This document shows positions 26,468 through 35,211 of a DNA stretch of 64,000 bases, piece after piece (within the stretch, counting starts at the first letter, position 1; every line of letters begins with the position of its first letter). The stretch lies in contig CAWJAC010000006.1 of assembly GCA_963840745.1 (NCBI GenBank), forward strand, positions 33,947 through 97,946, in the 5' to 3' direction. A model generated the notes under the pieces. It was not told the origin of the DNA and ran no database searches. It saw only the letters and a program-made list of their open reading frames with translations. This DNA comes from Candidatus Zambryskiibacteriota bacterium. GTDB taxonomy: Bacteria; Patescibacteriota; Minisyncoccia; Phycocordibacterales; WO2-35-19. A program made the position numbers and the translations under genes.

Positions 26468-28470
26468 AAAAATTTTTTAATCCTAAATCGGTCGCAGTTA
26501 TCGGAGCAAGTTCTGATAAAAATAAAGTTGGCTTTGCTTTGATGGCGAATCTGCTTGCCGGCAAGAAGAGGGAAATTTATCCTATTACTCTGGGCGAAAA
26601 AGAAATACTCGGCATTCCTGCTTTTGTCTCGGTTTTAGATGTATCTGAAAAAATTGATTTGGCTATTATTGCCGTCCGGGCCGATATTGTGCCTCAAGTG
26701 TTGTCCGACTGTGGTAAAAAGGAAATACCAAATATCATTGTTGTCTCGTCAGGTTTTAAAGAAATAGGTCCGGCAGGCAAAAAGCTTGAAAATCAAATTG
26801 CAGCCATAGCCAAGCAAAACAACATGACAATTTTAGGGCCAAATTGTCTTGGAGTTATTGATACAAAAAATGATTTGAATGCCTCCTTTTCTCCGCAAAA
26901 ACCACTTGCCGGAAAAATCGCTCTTTTGTCTCAATCGGGCGCTTTGGGCACGGCAATGCTCGACTGGGCTATCGGCGAAGGGGTCGGTTTTTCAAAATTT
27001 GTAAGTTTGGGCAATGAGGCACAGCTGACAGAAATAGATTTCCTTAAGTTTTTGAAAGATGACGACGATACGGATTCCATTTTAATTTATTTGGAAAAAG
27101 TTAGCGATGGTCCGGAATTAATGCGTCTTTTAAAATCAATAACACCAAAAAAGCCGGTTGTCATACTCAAAGCCGGAGTGAGCGATTATGGAGCTTCTGC
27201 CATTATGTCCCACACTGGCTCTTTAGCGCCGGAATCCAGAGTTTTTACTGCTGCTTGTCAGCAAGCCGGTGCCATTATGGTGCCTTCGCTCCGCAAGTTT
27301 TTTAATATTTCCAAACTCTTATCACTTGGAGTCAAGGTAAACGCGCCCATTTCGCGCCTCATAGTTTTGACCAATGGAGGCGGACCATCCGTCATTGCTG
27401 CCGATGAGATCGGACTTTCCCGTTCCTTGTCTTTGGTTTCAATTCATGAAGATGTCAAAGAGAAATTAAGAGGGGTTCTACCGAGCATGGCGGCGGTCGG
27501 CAATCCTGTCGATATAATAGGCGATGCCTTGGCGGAACGATACGAAAAGGCTCTCGATATTTTATGCGGTGTCAAAGATGCAGACGGCATTATCGTAATG
27601 CTCACTCCGCAAATGATGACCGAGGCGGAAGCGACGGCTCATTTGCTTTCAAAATATAAAAATAAGAAAAAAATATTTCCAGTATTTATTGGCGGTCCAT
27701 CTATACAAGCTGGCCGTAGTGACTTGCTGCAGTCTGGCCTTGTTAATTTTGCTTTTTCAAAAGATGTGGTTTATGGGTTGGACAGCTTGGCAAACTATGC
27801 TCCAAAAATTTTGCTGTCAAAGACGGCCTTTGTCTTTGACAGTGTCTCTCAGATGCCATTTGAAGATATGACTAAAATTTTAGGTGAATATAATATTTCA
27901 ATAAAAGGAAAATTCATAAACAGAAAAGAAGATTTAGAAAACGCTCTCAGAGAATGCGGAGAAGGTCCTTATGCTATGAAAGCCATATCAAATAATATAG
28001 TTCACAAAATTGATGTTGGTGCTGTCAAGTTAAATATTTCAAATTTGGAAGAAGCTAATGTTGTTTGGGAAGAAATGTGGCAAAAATTTGTGCAGCTGGA
28101 TGGCATATTGATTCAAAAAATGGCTGAGGGCAAGGAAGTTATAATTGGTATGAAAAGAGATGCAACATTTGGCCCAACAATTCTTTTTGGTTTGGGTGGC
28201 ATTTTGGCAGAAGCTATAAAGGATACCGCTTTGCGAATTGCTCCTATAGAAAAAGAAGAAGCCTTTAAAATGATGCAAGAAATAAAAGGCATCAAAATAT
28301 TACAAGGTATGCGTGGCGAGCCGCCCGTAAATTTTGATTTGCTTGCTGATATTATCATAAATCTCTCTCGCCTCGCTCTTGACCATCCCGAAATAAAAGA
28401 AATAGACCTCAATCCCGTCATAGCCGCCGAATCTTCTGCGGCTATTGTTGATGTTAGATTAATGATTTAA
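26455..28470 (+). CDS. ADP-forming acetyl-CoA synthetase (fused alpha/beta; CoA-binding plus ATP-grasp)
   Basis: 671 aa. FNPKSVAVIGAS, SQSGALG, HTGSLA, then the C-terminal ATP-grasp part. Confidence 0.8.
   Translation: MENLEKFFNPKSVAVIGASSDKNKVGFALMANLLAGKKREIYPITLGEKEILGIPAFVSVLDVSEKIDLAIIAVRADIVPQVLSDCGKKEIPNIIVVSSGFKEIGPAGKKLENQIAAIAKQNNMTILGPNCLGVIDTKNDLNASFSPQKPLAGKIALLSQSGALGTAMLDWAIGEGVGFSKFVSLGNEAQLTEIDFLKFLKDDDDTDSILIYLEKVSDGPELMRLLKSITPKKPVVILKAGVSDYGASAIMSHTGSLAPESRVFTAACQQAGAIMVPSLRKFFNISKLLSLGVKVNAPISRLIVLTNGGGPSVIAADEIGLSRSLSLVSIHEDVKEKLRGVLPSMAAVGNPVDIIGDALAERYEKALDILCGVKDADGIIVMLTPQMMTEAEATAHLLSKYKNKKKIFPVFIGGPSIQAGRSDLLQSGLVNFAFSKDVVYGLDSLANYAPKILLSKTAFVFDSVSQMPFEDMTKILGEYNISIKGKFINRKEDLENALRECGEGPYAMKAISNNIVHKIDVGAVKLNISNLEEANVVWEEMWQKFVQLDGILIQKMAEGKEVIIGMKRDATFGPTILFGLGGILAEAIKDTALRIAPIEKEEAFKMMQEIKGIKILQGMRGEPPVNFDLLADIIINLSRLALDHPEIKEIDLNPVIAAESSAAIVDVRLMI
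27814..27842. repeat. REP-like palindrome inside the acetyl-CoA synthetase ORF: ctgtcaaagac ggccttt gtctttgacag
   Basis: Perfect 11-bp arms. Core TGTCAAAG shared with the RAYT-flanking REPs. Translated in frame as LSKTAFVFDS. Confidence 0.75.
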
Positions 28471-29698
28471 GGTCAAAGTTTGGATCGGACAATTCTGATT
28501 CGTGGCCGGAGACTTTGAAGTTGGATTCAATCAGTTTGTTTACGATAGACATATCTTGTGTGCGGTTGATAAATGTGGCGCCTATGATTTCGTCATTGCT
28601 ATCCACAATAATCCGCGCGAACCCGCCTTCGCCAAGCTTCGGCGAGGCAAGGCCGCGTTTTATTACTTTTTTTGAAGAGTCAACTCTCACGTCTCCAGAC
28701 ATAGCAATATTCAAACCAAAGCCCATGGCCGTGTAAAAAGAAACCATCCTAAATTGATTTATTTGGCCAAGCATATTTAAGGCAGCAGTACGGCCTTGCA
28801 TCTGGGCATTAACCCAATTGCCAAGCTGGACTCTTTCGCCCAACACAAGATCATTAAATTCAGCTACATCGCCAGCGGCATAAATATTCGGAATATTTGT
28901 TGCTAAATACTCGTTGGCTAAAATACCTTTGTTTGTTTCAATGCCGGCTTGCTTTAACCAATCCAAATGGCAAATTAATCCTATGCCGACGAGAGCCAAC
29001 TGGCAGGGAATCTGAGTGCTATCTTTTAAAACAACACCTTCAATTTTTTGGTCTCCCAAAATTTCAGAAACTTCAGCTTCACGCAAAATTTTAATACCAC
29101 CATTTTCCATGCCGGATTCAATCATTTTGGCAGACTCTTCATCCAAAAGTGGATACCAATAATATGGCTCGCGCATGATAAGAGTCACAGGAAGTCCGGC
29201 CAGACGCATCATCTCGCACATTTCAAAACTGACAAATCCTGAGCCGATAGCGATGGCTTGTTTTGCTGTTTTAATATTTTCCATAAGCACTTCAGCCTCA
29301 CTCAAGTCGCGCAAGTAACAAATACCTTTTTTGTCAGATCCGGGAATTTGCCAAGGTCTGGCTTCGCCACCGGTAGCGAGTAAAAGCTTTTCGTATTTTA
29401 AGATTTTACTGTTATTAAGTTCAATAGTTTTCAATTTTATATCTAACTTATTAGCCACTACGCCTTCAATAAATTCAATTTTGTTTTCTTCATACCATTC
29501 TTTTTTGCGCAGCCAAACGGAATCAAATGGAATTTTACCTAAAAAGAAATTTGGTTTGGAGAGCATAATGCGTGAATAAAAACGCGGCTCATCGGAAACT
29601 ATGGCGATACTTCCGTCTTTATCATTTTGGCGCAAAGTTTCAGCGGCCGTCGTACCGGCCACTCCACCGCCTATTATGAGATATTTATATTCACTCAT
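28454..29698 (-). CDS. FAD/NAD(P)-dependent pyridine nucleotide-disulfide oxidoreductase
   Basis: YLIIGGGVAGTTAAE and AIGSGFVSFE dinucleotide folds, AAGDVAEF. Confidence 0.75.
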   Translation of the reverse strand: MSEYKYLIIGGGVAGTTAAETLRQNDKDGSIAIVSDEPRFYSRIMLSKPNFFLGKIPFDSVWLRKKEWYEENKIEFIEGVVANKLDIKLKTIELNNSKILKYEKLLLATGGEARPWQIPGSDKKGICYLRDLSEAEVLMENIKTAKQAIAIGSGFVSFEMCEMMRLAGLPVTLIMREPYYWYPLLDEESAKMIESGMENGGIKILREAEVSEILGDQKIEGVVLKDSTQIPCQLALVGIGLICHLDWLKQAGIETNKGILANEYLATNIPNIYAAGDVAEFNDLVLGERVQLGNWVNAQMQGRTAALNMLGQINQFRMVSFYTAMGFGLNIAMSGDVRVDSSKKVIKRGLASPKLGEGGFARIIVDSNDEIIGATFINRTQDMSIVNKLIESNFKVSGHESELSDPNFDLKSLI

Positions 29699-29713
29699 AT
29701 TTTGATTATAACA

Positions 29714-29787
29714 AAAAACAACAGAAACATCATTTCTGCGTTAGGTCGCAAGGATAAGGCTCTTGAAATGATATTTCTGTTGTTTTT
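29714..29787. other. Hairpin element copy 2: 23-bp stem (29714-29736 / 29765-29787) with a 28-nt conserved loop
   Basis: aaaaacaacagaaacatcatttc / gaaatgatatttctgttgttttt with one C/A (a G-U on the minus strand). Loop tgcgttaggtcgcaaggataaggctctt. Intergenic, within a minus-strand operon. Confidence 0.75.
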
Positions 29788-29794
29788 CTCCTCT

Positions 29795-30055
29795 CTATTT
29801 GGGAAAAACTTGCACGCCTGATTTATCAAACAAAAGAATAGCTTTGGTTGGGCAGGATTCGGCTGACATAAGAAGGGCGGCATCATCTGCCGCGTCCGCA
29901 TGGGTTACTACTACTTTGTTTTCACCATCAAGTTCGTAAGTTTCGCCGGAAACAGCGATGCAAGAAGCGGCGCCGATGCACAAACCTCTATCAATCACAA
30001 TTTTACCAATATTTGATCCTTCTTTGTTGCGAGCGTATTCTTTTAAATCTGCCAT
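29795..30055 (-). CDS. Small ferredoxin
   Basis: 86 aa; DRGLCIGAASC...AESCP cluster ligands. Confidence 0.7.
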   Translation of the reverse strand: MADLKEYARNKEGSNIGKIVIDRGLCIGAASCIAVSGETYELDGENKVVVTHADAADDAALLMSAESCPTKAILLFDKSGVQVFPK

Positions 30056-30072
30056 GTTATTTAAATTAATTA

Positions 30073-30294
30073 CTAATTTTCTATAATAATTTGTTTTATT
30101 TCCGGAACTTCTTCTTTAATCATTCCGCCAATCATTTCATTGAATGTCTCATCGGAGAAAGAACAACCAACGCAAGCCCCTGACACCTTAAGTTTAACAA
30201 CTCCCTCTTTAATGTCCACCAAAGAAACATCCCCGCCGTGCATAACTATGTATGGCCGCATTTTTTCTATTATTTTTTTAATTTTGTTTTCCAT
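30073..30294 (-). CDS. NifU C-terminal-domain (Nfu-type) Fe-S assembly protein
   Basis: MRPYIVMHGGDVSLVDI...LKVSGACVGC. Confidence 0.75.
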   Translation of the reverse strand: MENKIKKIIEKMRPYIVMHGGDVSLVDIKEGVVKLKVSGACVGCSFSDETFNEMIGGMIKEEVPEIKQIIIEN

Positions 30295-30943
30295 AATACT
30301 TCTCCGTATAAAATCTTATTAATTCTTCTACTTTTGGCAGACATTCAGGATAGCCTATGCCGACTTTGGTGCGTTTTTGGACAGCGAGAAGGGTAGTGGC
30401 GCCTTCCAAAACCGCTTCTTCAATGTCGGCTTCTGTGGTTTTGGTATTTGGGTCTATAATTTGGGTGCCTTCTACAATAATTCTACTAAATTGCTTCGTT
30501 TTTTTGAACCAATCATTTATAGCGGCCCGCAATGCTTTGTCGCCCAGGACTGAGCAATGAATTTTCCTGTCAGGCAATCCTCCCAATCTTTTAATAATAT
30601 CCTGCGGTTTTATTTTAAGCGCTTTATCAATTTTCATGCCACCTTTTTCAGTAACCATGATCGAGAGCATTGAAGTTGAGGCTATGGCCGAAGCGCAGCC
30701 GAAGGTGCGCCATTTGAAATCAGTGACTGTGTCATTTTTTAAATTTATGTTGAGCCAGACTCGCATTACGTCACCGCAGGCGGGGGAGCCGACAATGCCC
30801 TCAGCATCATATTTAGCCTCCTTTGGATTTTCCCACAAGATATTTTTAGGTTTAAAAAAATGCTCCTTTACTTCTTTTGAGTAAGCCCAAGTATTGCCGG
30901 TAAACTTGTTTACTACATCTATTTTTTTATTTTGTTTTGCCAT
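30278..30943 (-). CDS. IscU/NifU N-terminal scaffold protein with C-terminal extension
   Basis: GSPACGDVMRVWL, FGCASAIASTS, KIHCSVLG. Confidence 0.8.
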   Translation of the reverse strand: MAKQNKKIDVVNKFTGNTWAYSKEVKEHFFKPKNILWENPKEAKYDAEGIVGSPACGDVMRVWLNINLKNDTVTDFKWRTFGCASAIASTSMLSIMVTEKGGMKIDKALKIKPQDIIKRLGGLPDRKIHCSVLGDKALRAAINDWFKKTKQFSRIIVEGTQIIDPNTKTTEADIEEAVLEGATTLLAVQKRTKVGIGYPECLPKVEELIRFYTEKYYGKQN

Positions 30944-32127
30944 TTTTTTCTGTTTGATGAAAAATCAAGGGAAGAAATTTGACGCAATTTTTTAACGACA
31001 ACGGGAAGATGCTTTAAAACATATTTTACATCTGCCATTGAGTTTCCAAGACCCAAAGTAAATCGGAGACTGCCGTGTATGTACTCATAAGAATTGCCTA
31101 AAGCCGCTAGAATATATGACGGCTCCAAATTCTGAGAGTTACAGGCCGAACCGGTGGCAACCATTATACCAAGTTCATCCAAATGCAAAAGCATGGCCTC
31201 ACCTTCAACATCTAAAATAGAAATATTCAAAAAATTTGGCAGACGTTTCTTTGGATGGCCGTTTAAAACTACTTTGGGAATAGATTTAAAAATACCTTTC
31301 TCTAAAGTGTCGCGTAGTTTTTTAATTTTAAAGGCTTGTGTCTTTTTATTTATTTCGCAGAGGCTTAAAGCCTTTGCGAAACCAACAATAGCCGGCACAT
31401 TTTCTGTGCCGCTCCGTAATTGTCCTTGCTGGCCGCCGCCGTAAATTATTGGATTTATTTTTGTGCCGTGCCTGACATATAAACCGCCAATGCCTTTGGG
31501 CCCGTAAATTTTGTGAGCTGATAAAGTCATCAGATCAACGCCGAGTTTATCTACATTTACATCCAAATATCCGGCCGCCTGGCTTGTGTCGGTGTGGAGG
31601 TAAGGAGCCCCACCCTTAAAATTTTTTATTATTTCTGAGATTTCCGGAATAGGCTGAATGGTGCCGGTTTCGCTGTCGGCCATAGTAATGGAAACTAAAA
31701 TTGTATTTTCACTCAATTCTTTTTTTAATTCATTTAAATCAACCAGACCATTTTTTAAAACATGCAATCTGGCAATTTCAAATCCCTCCTTTTCTAACAC
31801 ATCACAGACGGCCAAAATGCCTTTGTGCTCAATACTGGAGACGATTATTTTTCCTTTGTTTTTGTTGGCTCTTGCCACCCCCAAAATAGCCAAATTATCG
31901 GCTTCGGTGGCTGAGCCGGTATAAATAAATTCTTCTGGTCGGCAGCCTAAAATTTTGGTAATTGTTTTTGTCGCCTCCGATACCGCTCTGCCAGCATTTC
32001 TTCCCATTTCATATAAATTGGACGGATTGCCAAAATCATTTTTGAAATAGGGAAGCATGGCTAAAAAAACCTTTGAATCTAAAGGTGTAGTGGCAGCATA
32101 ATCAAAATAGCATTGCTTTTTTGACAT
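30919..32127 (-). CDS. Cysteine desulfurase (NifS/IscS class)
   Basis: FTGSATEADN, SAHKIYGPKG (PLP lysine), SGTENV, GSAC. Confidence 0.85.
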   Translation of the reverse strand: MSKKQCYFDYAATTPLDSKVFLAMLPYFKNDFGNPSNLYEMGRNAGRAVSEATKTITKILGCRPEEFIYTGSATEADNLAILGVARANKNKGKIIVSSIEHKGILAVCDVLEKEGFEIARLHVLKNGLVDLNELKKELSENTILVSITMADSETGTIQPIPEISEIIKNFKGGAPYLHTDTSQAAGYLDVNVDKLGVDLMTLSAHKIYGPKGIGGLYVRHGTKINPIIYGGGQQGQLRSGTENVPAIVGFAKALSLCEINKKTQAFKIKKLRDTLEKGIFKSIPKVVLNGHPKKRLPNFLNISILDVEGEAMLLHLDELGIMVATGSACNSQNLEPSYILAALGNSYEYIHGSLRFTLGLGNSMADVKYVLKHLPVVVKKLRQISSLDFSSNRKKWQNKIKK

Positions 32128-32165
32128 GGGCATATCTTACCATAAAAAAGAACGACGTTGACTTT

Positions 32166-32729
32166 TCAGTCAACGTCACTAGTCTTACCAACCCACTTGA
32201 TATTGATTCCCAGCAATTTCTTTTGATTAGGACTATGCCAGGCTTCTCCTCGGAGAATCTCATTTTTATGTTCATCGCCGAAAAGTGCCGGAACCCAAAA
32301 GCGATCTGATGGAGGCATTTCTTTTATCGGCAGTCTATAAGTCTTGTACCACCTGGGGTCTATTACCTCACTCTTTTTGAGTTTTGGTTTACCCCTCCAT
32401 TTATTCAGAATGAAGATGTAAACCCTGACTATGAACCAACCACCGCCTTCTTTCTTTTCTCTCTGGTTGTGGAAGGTCATGACTCCCTTAAACTCGAGAT
32501 CTTTCTTTAGGGCTACCAGACCGGATTCTTCATAGAGCTCTCTCATCGCGCAAGTCCGAGGGGTTTCTCTTTTGTCCAATGAACCGCCTAACCCGGTGCG
32601 GCGGCGAACTATTAACTTTTTAACTTTTCTTGGTAGAAAAGTTTTTTGTTTTCCACCCTCTCCTTTGACAAGAAAAACTAAAGTGGCGTCGATTTTGTTT
32701 TTGCTCAGATCCATAATGTTCTTCTCCAT
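32166..32729 (-). CDS. NUDIX hydrolase
   Basis: GLGGSLDKRETPRTCAMRELYEESGL is a Nudix box. Confidence 0.75.
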   Translation of the reverse strand: MEKNIMDLSKNKIDATLVFLVKGEGGKQKTFLPRKVKKLIVRRRTGLGGSLDKRETPRTCAMRELYEESGLVALKKDLEFKGVMTFHNQREKKEGGGWFIVRVYIFILNKWRGKPKLKKSEVIDPRWYKTYRLPIKEMPPSDRFWVPALFGDEHKNEILRGEAWHSPNQKKLLGINIKWVGKTSDVD

Positions 32730-32831
32730 GTTTAAAATATACTTTTTTCAAAATATTGCAACAACGTTAATTTTTGGTACAATAATCAAATCATTGAAAA
32801 TAAGTATTATAAGTGAGATAAAGTGGCTGGC

Positions 32832-32906
32832 TCCGCGGTGGCGCAGCGGTAGCGCAGTCGCCTGTTAAGCGATTGGTCGTTGGTTCGAATCCAACCCGCG
32901 GAGCCA
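32832..32906 (+). tRNA. tRNA-Asn (anticodon GUU), CCA encoded
   Basis: Hand-folded cloverleaf: acceptor tccgcgg/ccgcgga, D stem gcgc/gcgc, anticodon stem gtcgc/gcgat with loop cuGUUaa, T arm gttgg-ttcgaat-ccaac, discriminator g, cca. Confidence 0.9.
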
Positions 32907-33032
32907 GCCACTTTATCAAAAGCAAGAGTTAATTCAGGGAATTTAATTTAAATCAAAATTAATTTGCAACAATAGAAATATTATGGTTAAATCACATCAG
33001 GTCTGATCTTTGACCTAGAAAGGATGTGGTGT

Positions 33033-34406
33033 ATGAGACTCAAACAGAGTCCGTTTTTGCATATTGTCCCTGTTGGGGAGGGTTATGTTGCCCTTTACAA
33101 CAGCCTAAGTCTTGAGGTTGCATTCCTTGATGAAGGTTTTATTCAGAAACACAGCAGAGGACAGTTCTTTGAACCGTCTGATACTGATTCTGAGCAAACT
33201 CTCGAACAACTCCAAAATCTAGGATTTCTTATCGAAGAAACATCCGATGGTAATGAGTTGTACAAGCAGTACCAAACCGCACTTGGCAAACCAGCGATCA
33301 ATATTCTTTACCTTCTGCTCTCTGATGCTTGTAACATTAGGTGCCGGTATTGTTATTTCTTGGCTCCGATGCCAATTGGTTATCGACCGTCTTTGATGAC
33401 AAAAGAAATAGCAATTAAAGCACTTGATTTGTTCGCTCGGTGCGTACGGCGAAGTGTTGAGAAGGGGCACAAGGAACAACATATCGTGCTTTATGGCGGA
33501 GAACCAACCACGAATAAAAAAGTGTTGGTTGAAGCACTTCGATACATCGATGTGCTAAAAAGAAAAGACGAGCTCCTAAAAGAGATCGGGGTTACTCTAA
33601 ATACCAACGGGCTCCTTCTTGATAAAGCTATTCTCGAACAGTGCAAGATTTCAGGAGCAACTGTGGCGATTTCCATTGACGGCCCACAGGAAATTCACGA
33701 CAAAATGCGTGTGTTCGCATCCGGTGCTGGCACTTTCGATCAGGTTATTCGTGGATATCGGTTTGCGAAAGAAAAAGGAGTTAAGACCGGCGTTTGCGTG
33801 ACTGTAGACCACCACAATTTGTTCAAGATGAAGGAGATTGTGAAATGGCTATCAATCGAGCTTGGGGCCAAGGGATTGGGTTTTAATATCCTCATCGACA
33901 ACAAGTGCCAACATCCAATGGGTGACGCTGTAAACTACTCCGAGGTTATTGCGGAACAACTCATCGAGAGTTTTAAGGTGGCTCGTGAACTCGGTGTTTA
34001 TGAAGATCGAATTATGCGTCGTGTGAAAAATTTTCTCGAAAAGACACCTGTTCTGAGCGATTGCGGAGCTTGCGGTCTTCAAATTGTTGTGAGCCCAGAC
34101 GGCAAGATTGGCGTATGCCAAGCTTTCTGTGGGAGTAAGGAGTTTTTTGTCACAGAACAATTTGAGACGTTTGAGCCCGAGAGCCACCCATTTTGGAAAC
34201 AGTGGCGAGGGCGATCACCTTTCAGTAATAAGACTTGCAGGGAGTGCATTGCTCTTGGAAACTGTGGCGGTGGTTGTCCATACAACGCATATCAAACAAA
34301 TGGGTCAATTAATGCTCTTGATGAACGGTTCTGTACTCATGCGAAAGCCACCACCTTGTTTCTGATTAAGGATTTGTGGGAAAAACAGACAGAGGAAAAG
34401 GTGTAA
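33033..34406 (+). CDS. Radical SAM / SPASM-domain peptide maturase (SCIFF-maturase-like)
   Basis: LLLSDACNIRCRYCYF (CX3CX2C). C-terminal auxiliary-cluster cysteines CGACGL...GVCQAFCG...CRECIALGNCGGGCPYNAY. 457 aa from MRLKQ, with an AAGGA SD. Confidence 0.8.
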   Translation: MRLKQSPFLHIVPVGEGYVALYNSLSLEVAFLDEGFIQKHSRGQFFEPSDTDSEQTLEQLQNLGFLIEETSDGNELYKQYQTALGKPAINILYLLLSDACNIRCRYCYFLAPMPIGYRPSLMTKEIAIKALDLFARCVRRSVEKGHKEQHIVLYGGEPTTNKKVLVEALRYIDVLKRKDELLKEIGVTLNTNGLLLDKAILEQCKISGATVAISIDGPQEIHDKMRVFASGAGTFDQVIRGYRFAKEKGVKTGVCVTVDHHNLFKMKEIVKWLSIELGAKGLGFNILIDNKCQHPMGDAVNYSEVIAEQLIESFKVARELGVYEDRIMRRVKNFLEKTPVLSDCGACGLQIVVSPDGKIGVCQAFCGSKEFFVTEQFETFEPESHPFWKQWRGRSPFSNKTCRECIALGNCGGGCPYNAYQTNGSINALDERFCTHAKATTLFLIKDLWEKQTEEKV

Positions 34407-34448
34407 TGAATTAGCGGGAATGGGGGAGGTTGTTGCCTTCCCCCTTTT

Positions 34449-35147
34449 TTATTTAACGATTGATAATGTTCTCAAAATAAAATCTTTTGCGTTTTTAGAT
34501 TTTTTAAATTCTTTCTCAAATTGATTGAGATATTTCTTATGATCAGGATACGGCCTGACGTTTTTTTTATCAATAATCTTTCCATACAAAGAAGAACGCA
34601 AAACAATCACATTAAAAATCTCGGACAAAGCCCATAACTGGTCCTCGGTTAAATTTTGGGTCTCCTTTTTGATTTTTTTGTTAACAAAATCATAGAAAAT
34701 GAAGTGGAGTAATTCATGAGCTATCGTGTGAATTGTATCTGGTACAGACTTCTTATAATAAAATTGAAAAGTCTTCGACTCTAGAAATCTTGGGTTACAG
34801 TTAATAATCGAAGCATAGGCAACATACATACCGTCTGGAAACCTGTAGCCATTAAAATATTGTTCCGTTATGCGGACATAATCACTCTCAATTTTTTGCC
34901 AATTATGTTTTACCAATTGAACTTTTTTTTGAATTGGCTCCTGGTTCGTTTTGTAATAATTTGTAAAATATTTCTTTATAATTGCTTTTTTTATAGTAGT
35001 ATTTTCCGCGAGAGCCGTCTTTTTTAAATTTGGGTGTGTTTTGATTATACCTGCTCCAAAGTCTACTCCACCACCTTTTATATTAAGAAATTGGTCAGTC
35101 ATCAATTCATCCAATCCTTTATTAATATTAAATCTTAGCTTTTTCAT
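34449..35147 (-). CDS. HExxH-motif protein (putative metallopeptidase), unknown family
   Basis: 232 aa; TIHTIAHELLHFIFYDF. Immediately downstream of the Cys-rich peptide gene on the same strand. Confidence 0.5.
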   Translation of the reverse strand: MKKLRFNINKGLDELMTDQFLNIKGGGVDFGAGIIKTHPNLKKTALAENTTIKKAIIKKYFTNYYKTNQEPIQKKVQLVKHNWQKIESDYVRITEQYFNGYRFPDGMYVAYASIINCNPRFLESKTFQFYYKKSVPDTIHTIAHELLHFIFYDFVNKKIKKETQNLTEDQLWALSEIFNVIVLRSSLYGKIIDKKNVRPYPDHKKYLNQFEKEFKKSKNAKDFILRTLSIVK

Positions 35148-35211
35148 AAATATTTATATAAAAAATTTGAGCAGTTTTCGGACATGCTCAGGTCTTTGGT
35201 GGTTCGCGGTG

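Noticed and set aside
32975-33032. Tiny ORF MVKSHQV upstream of the radical SAM gene as its precursor peptide.
   Set aside because: It is only 7 codons, with no cysteine or other plausible modification site and no SD. The six-Cys ORF at 35212-35355 is a far better candidate.
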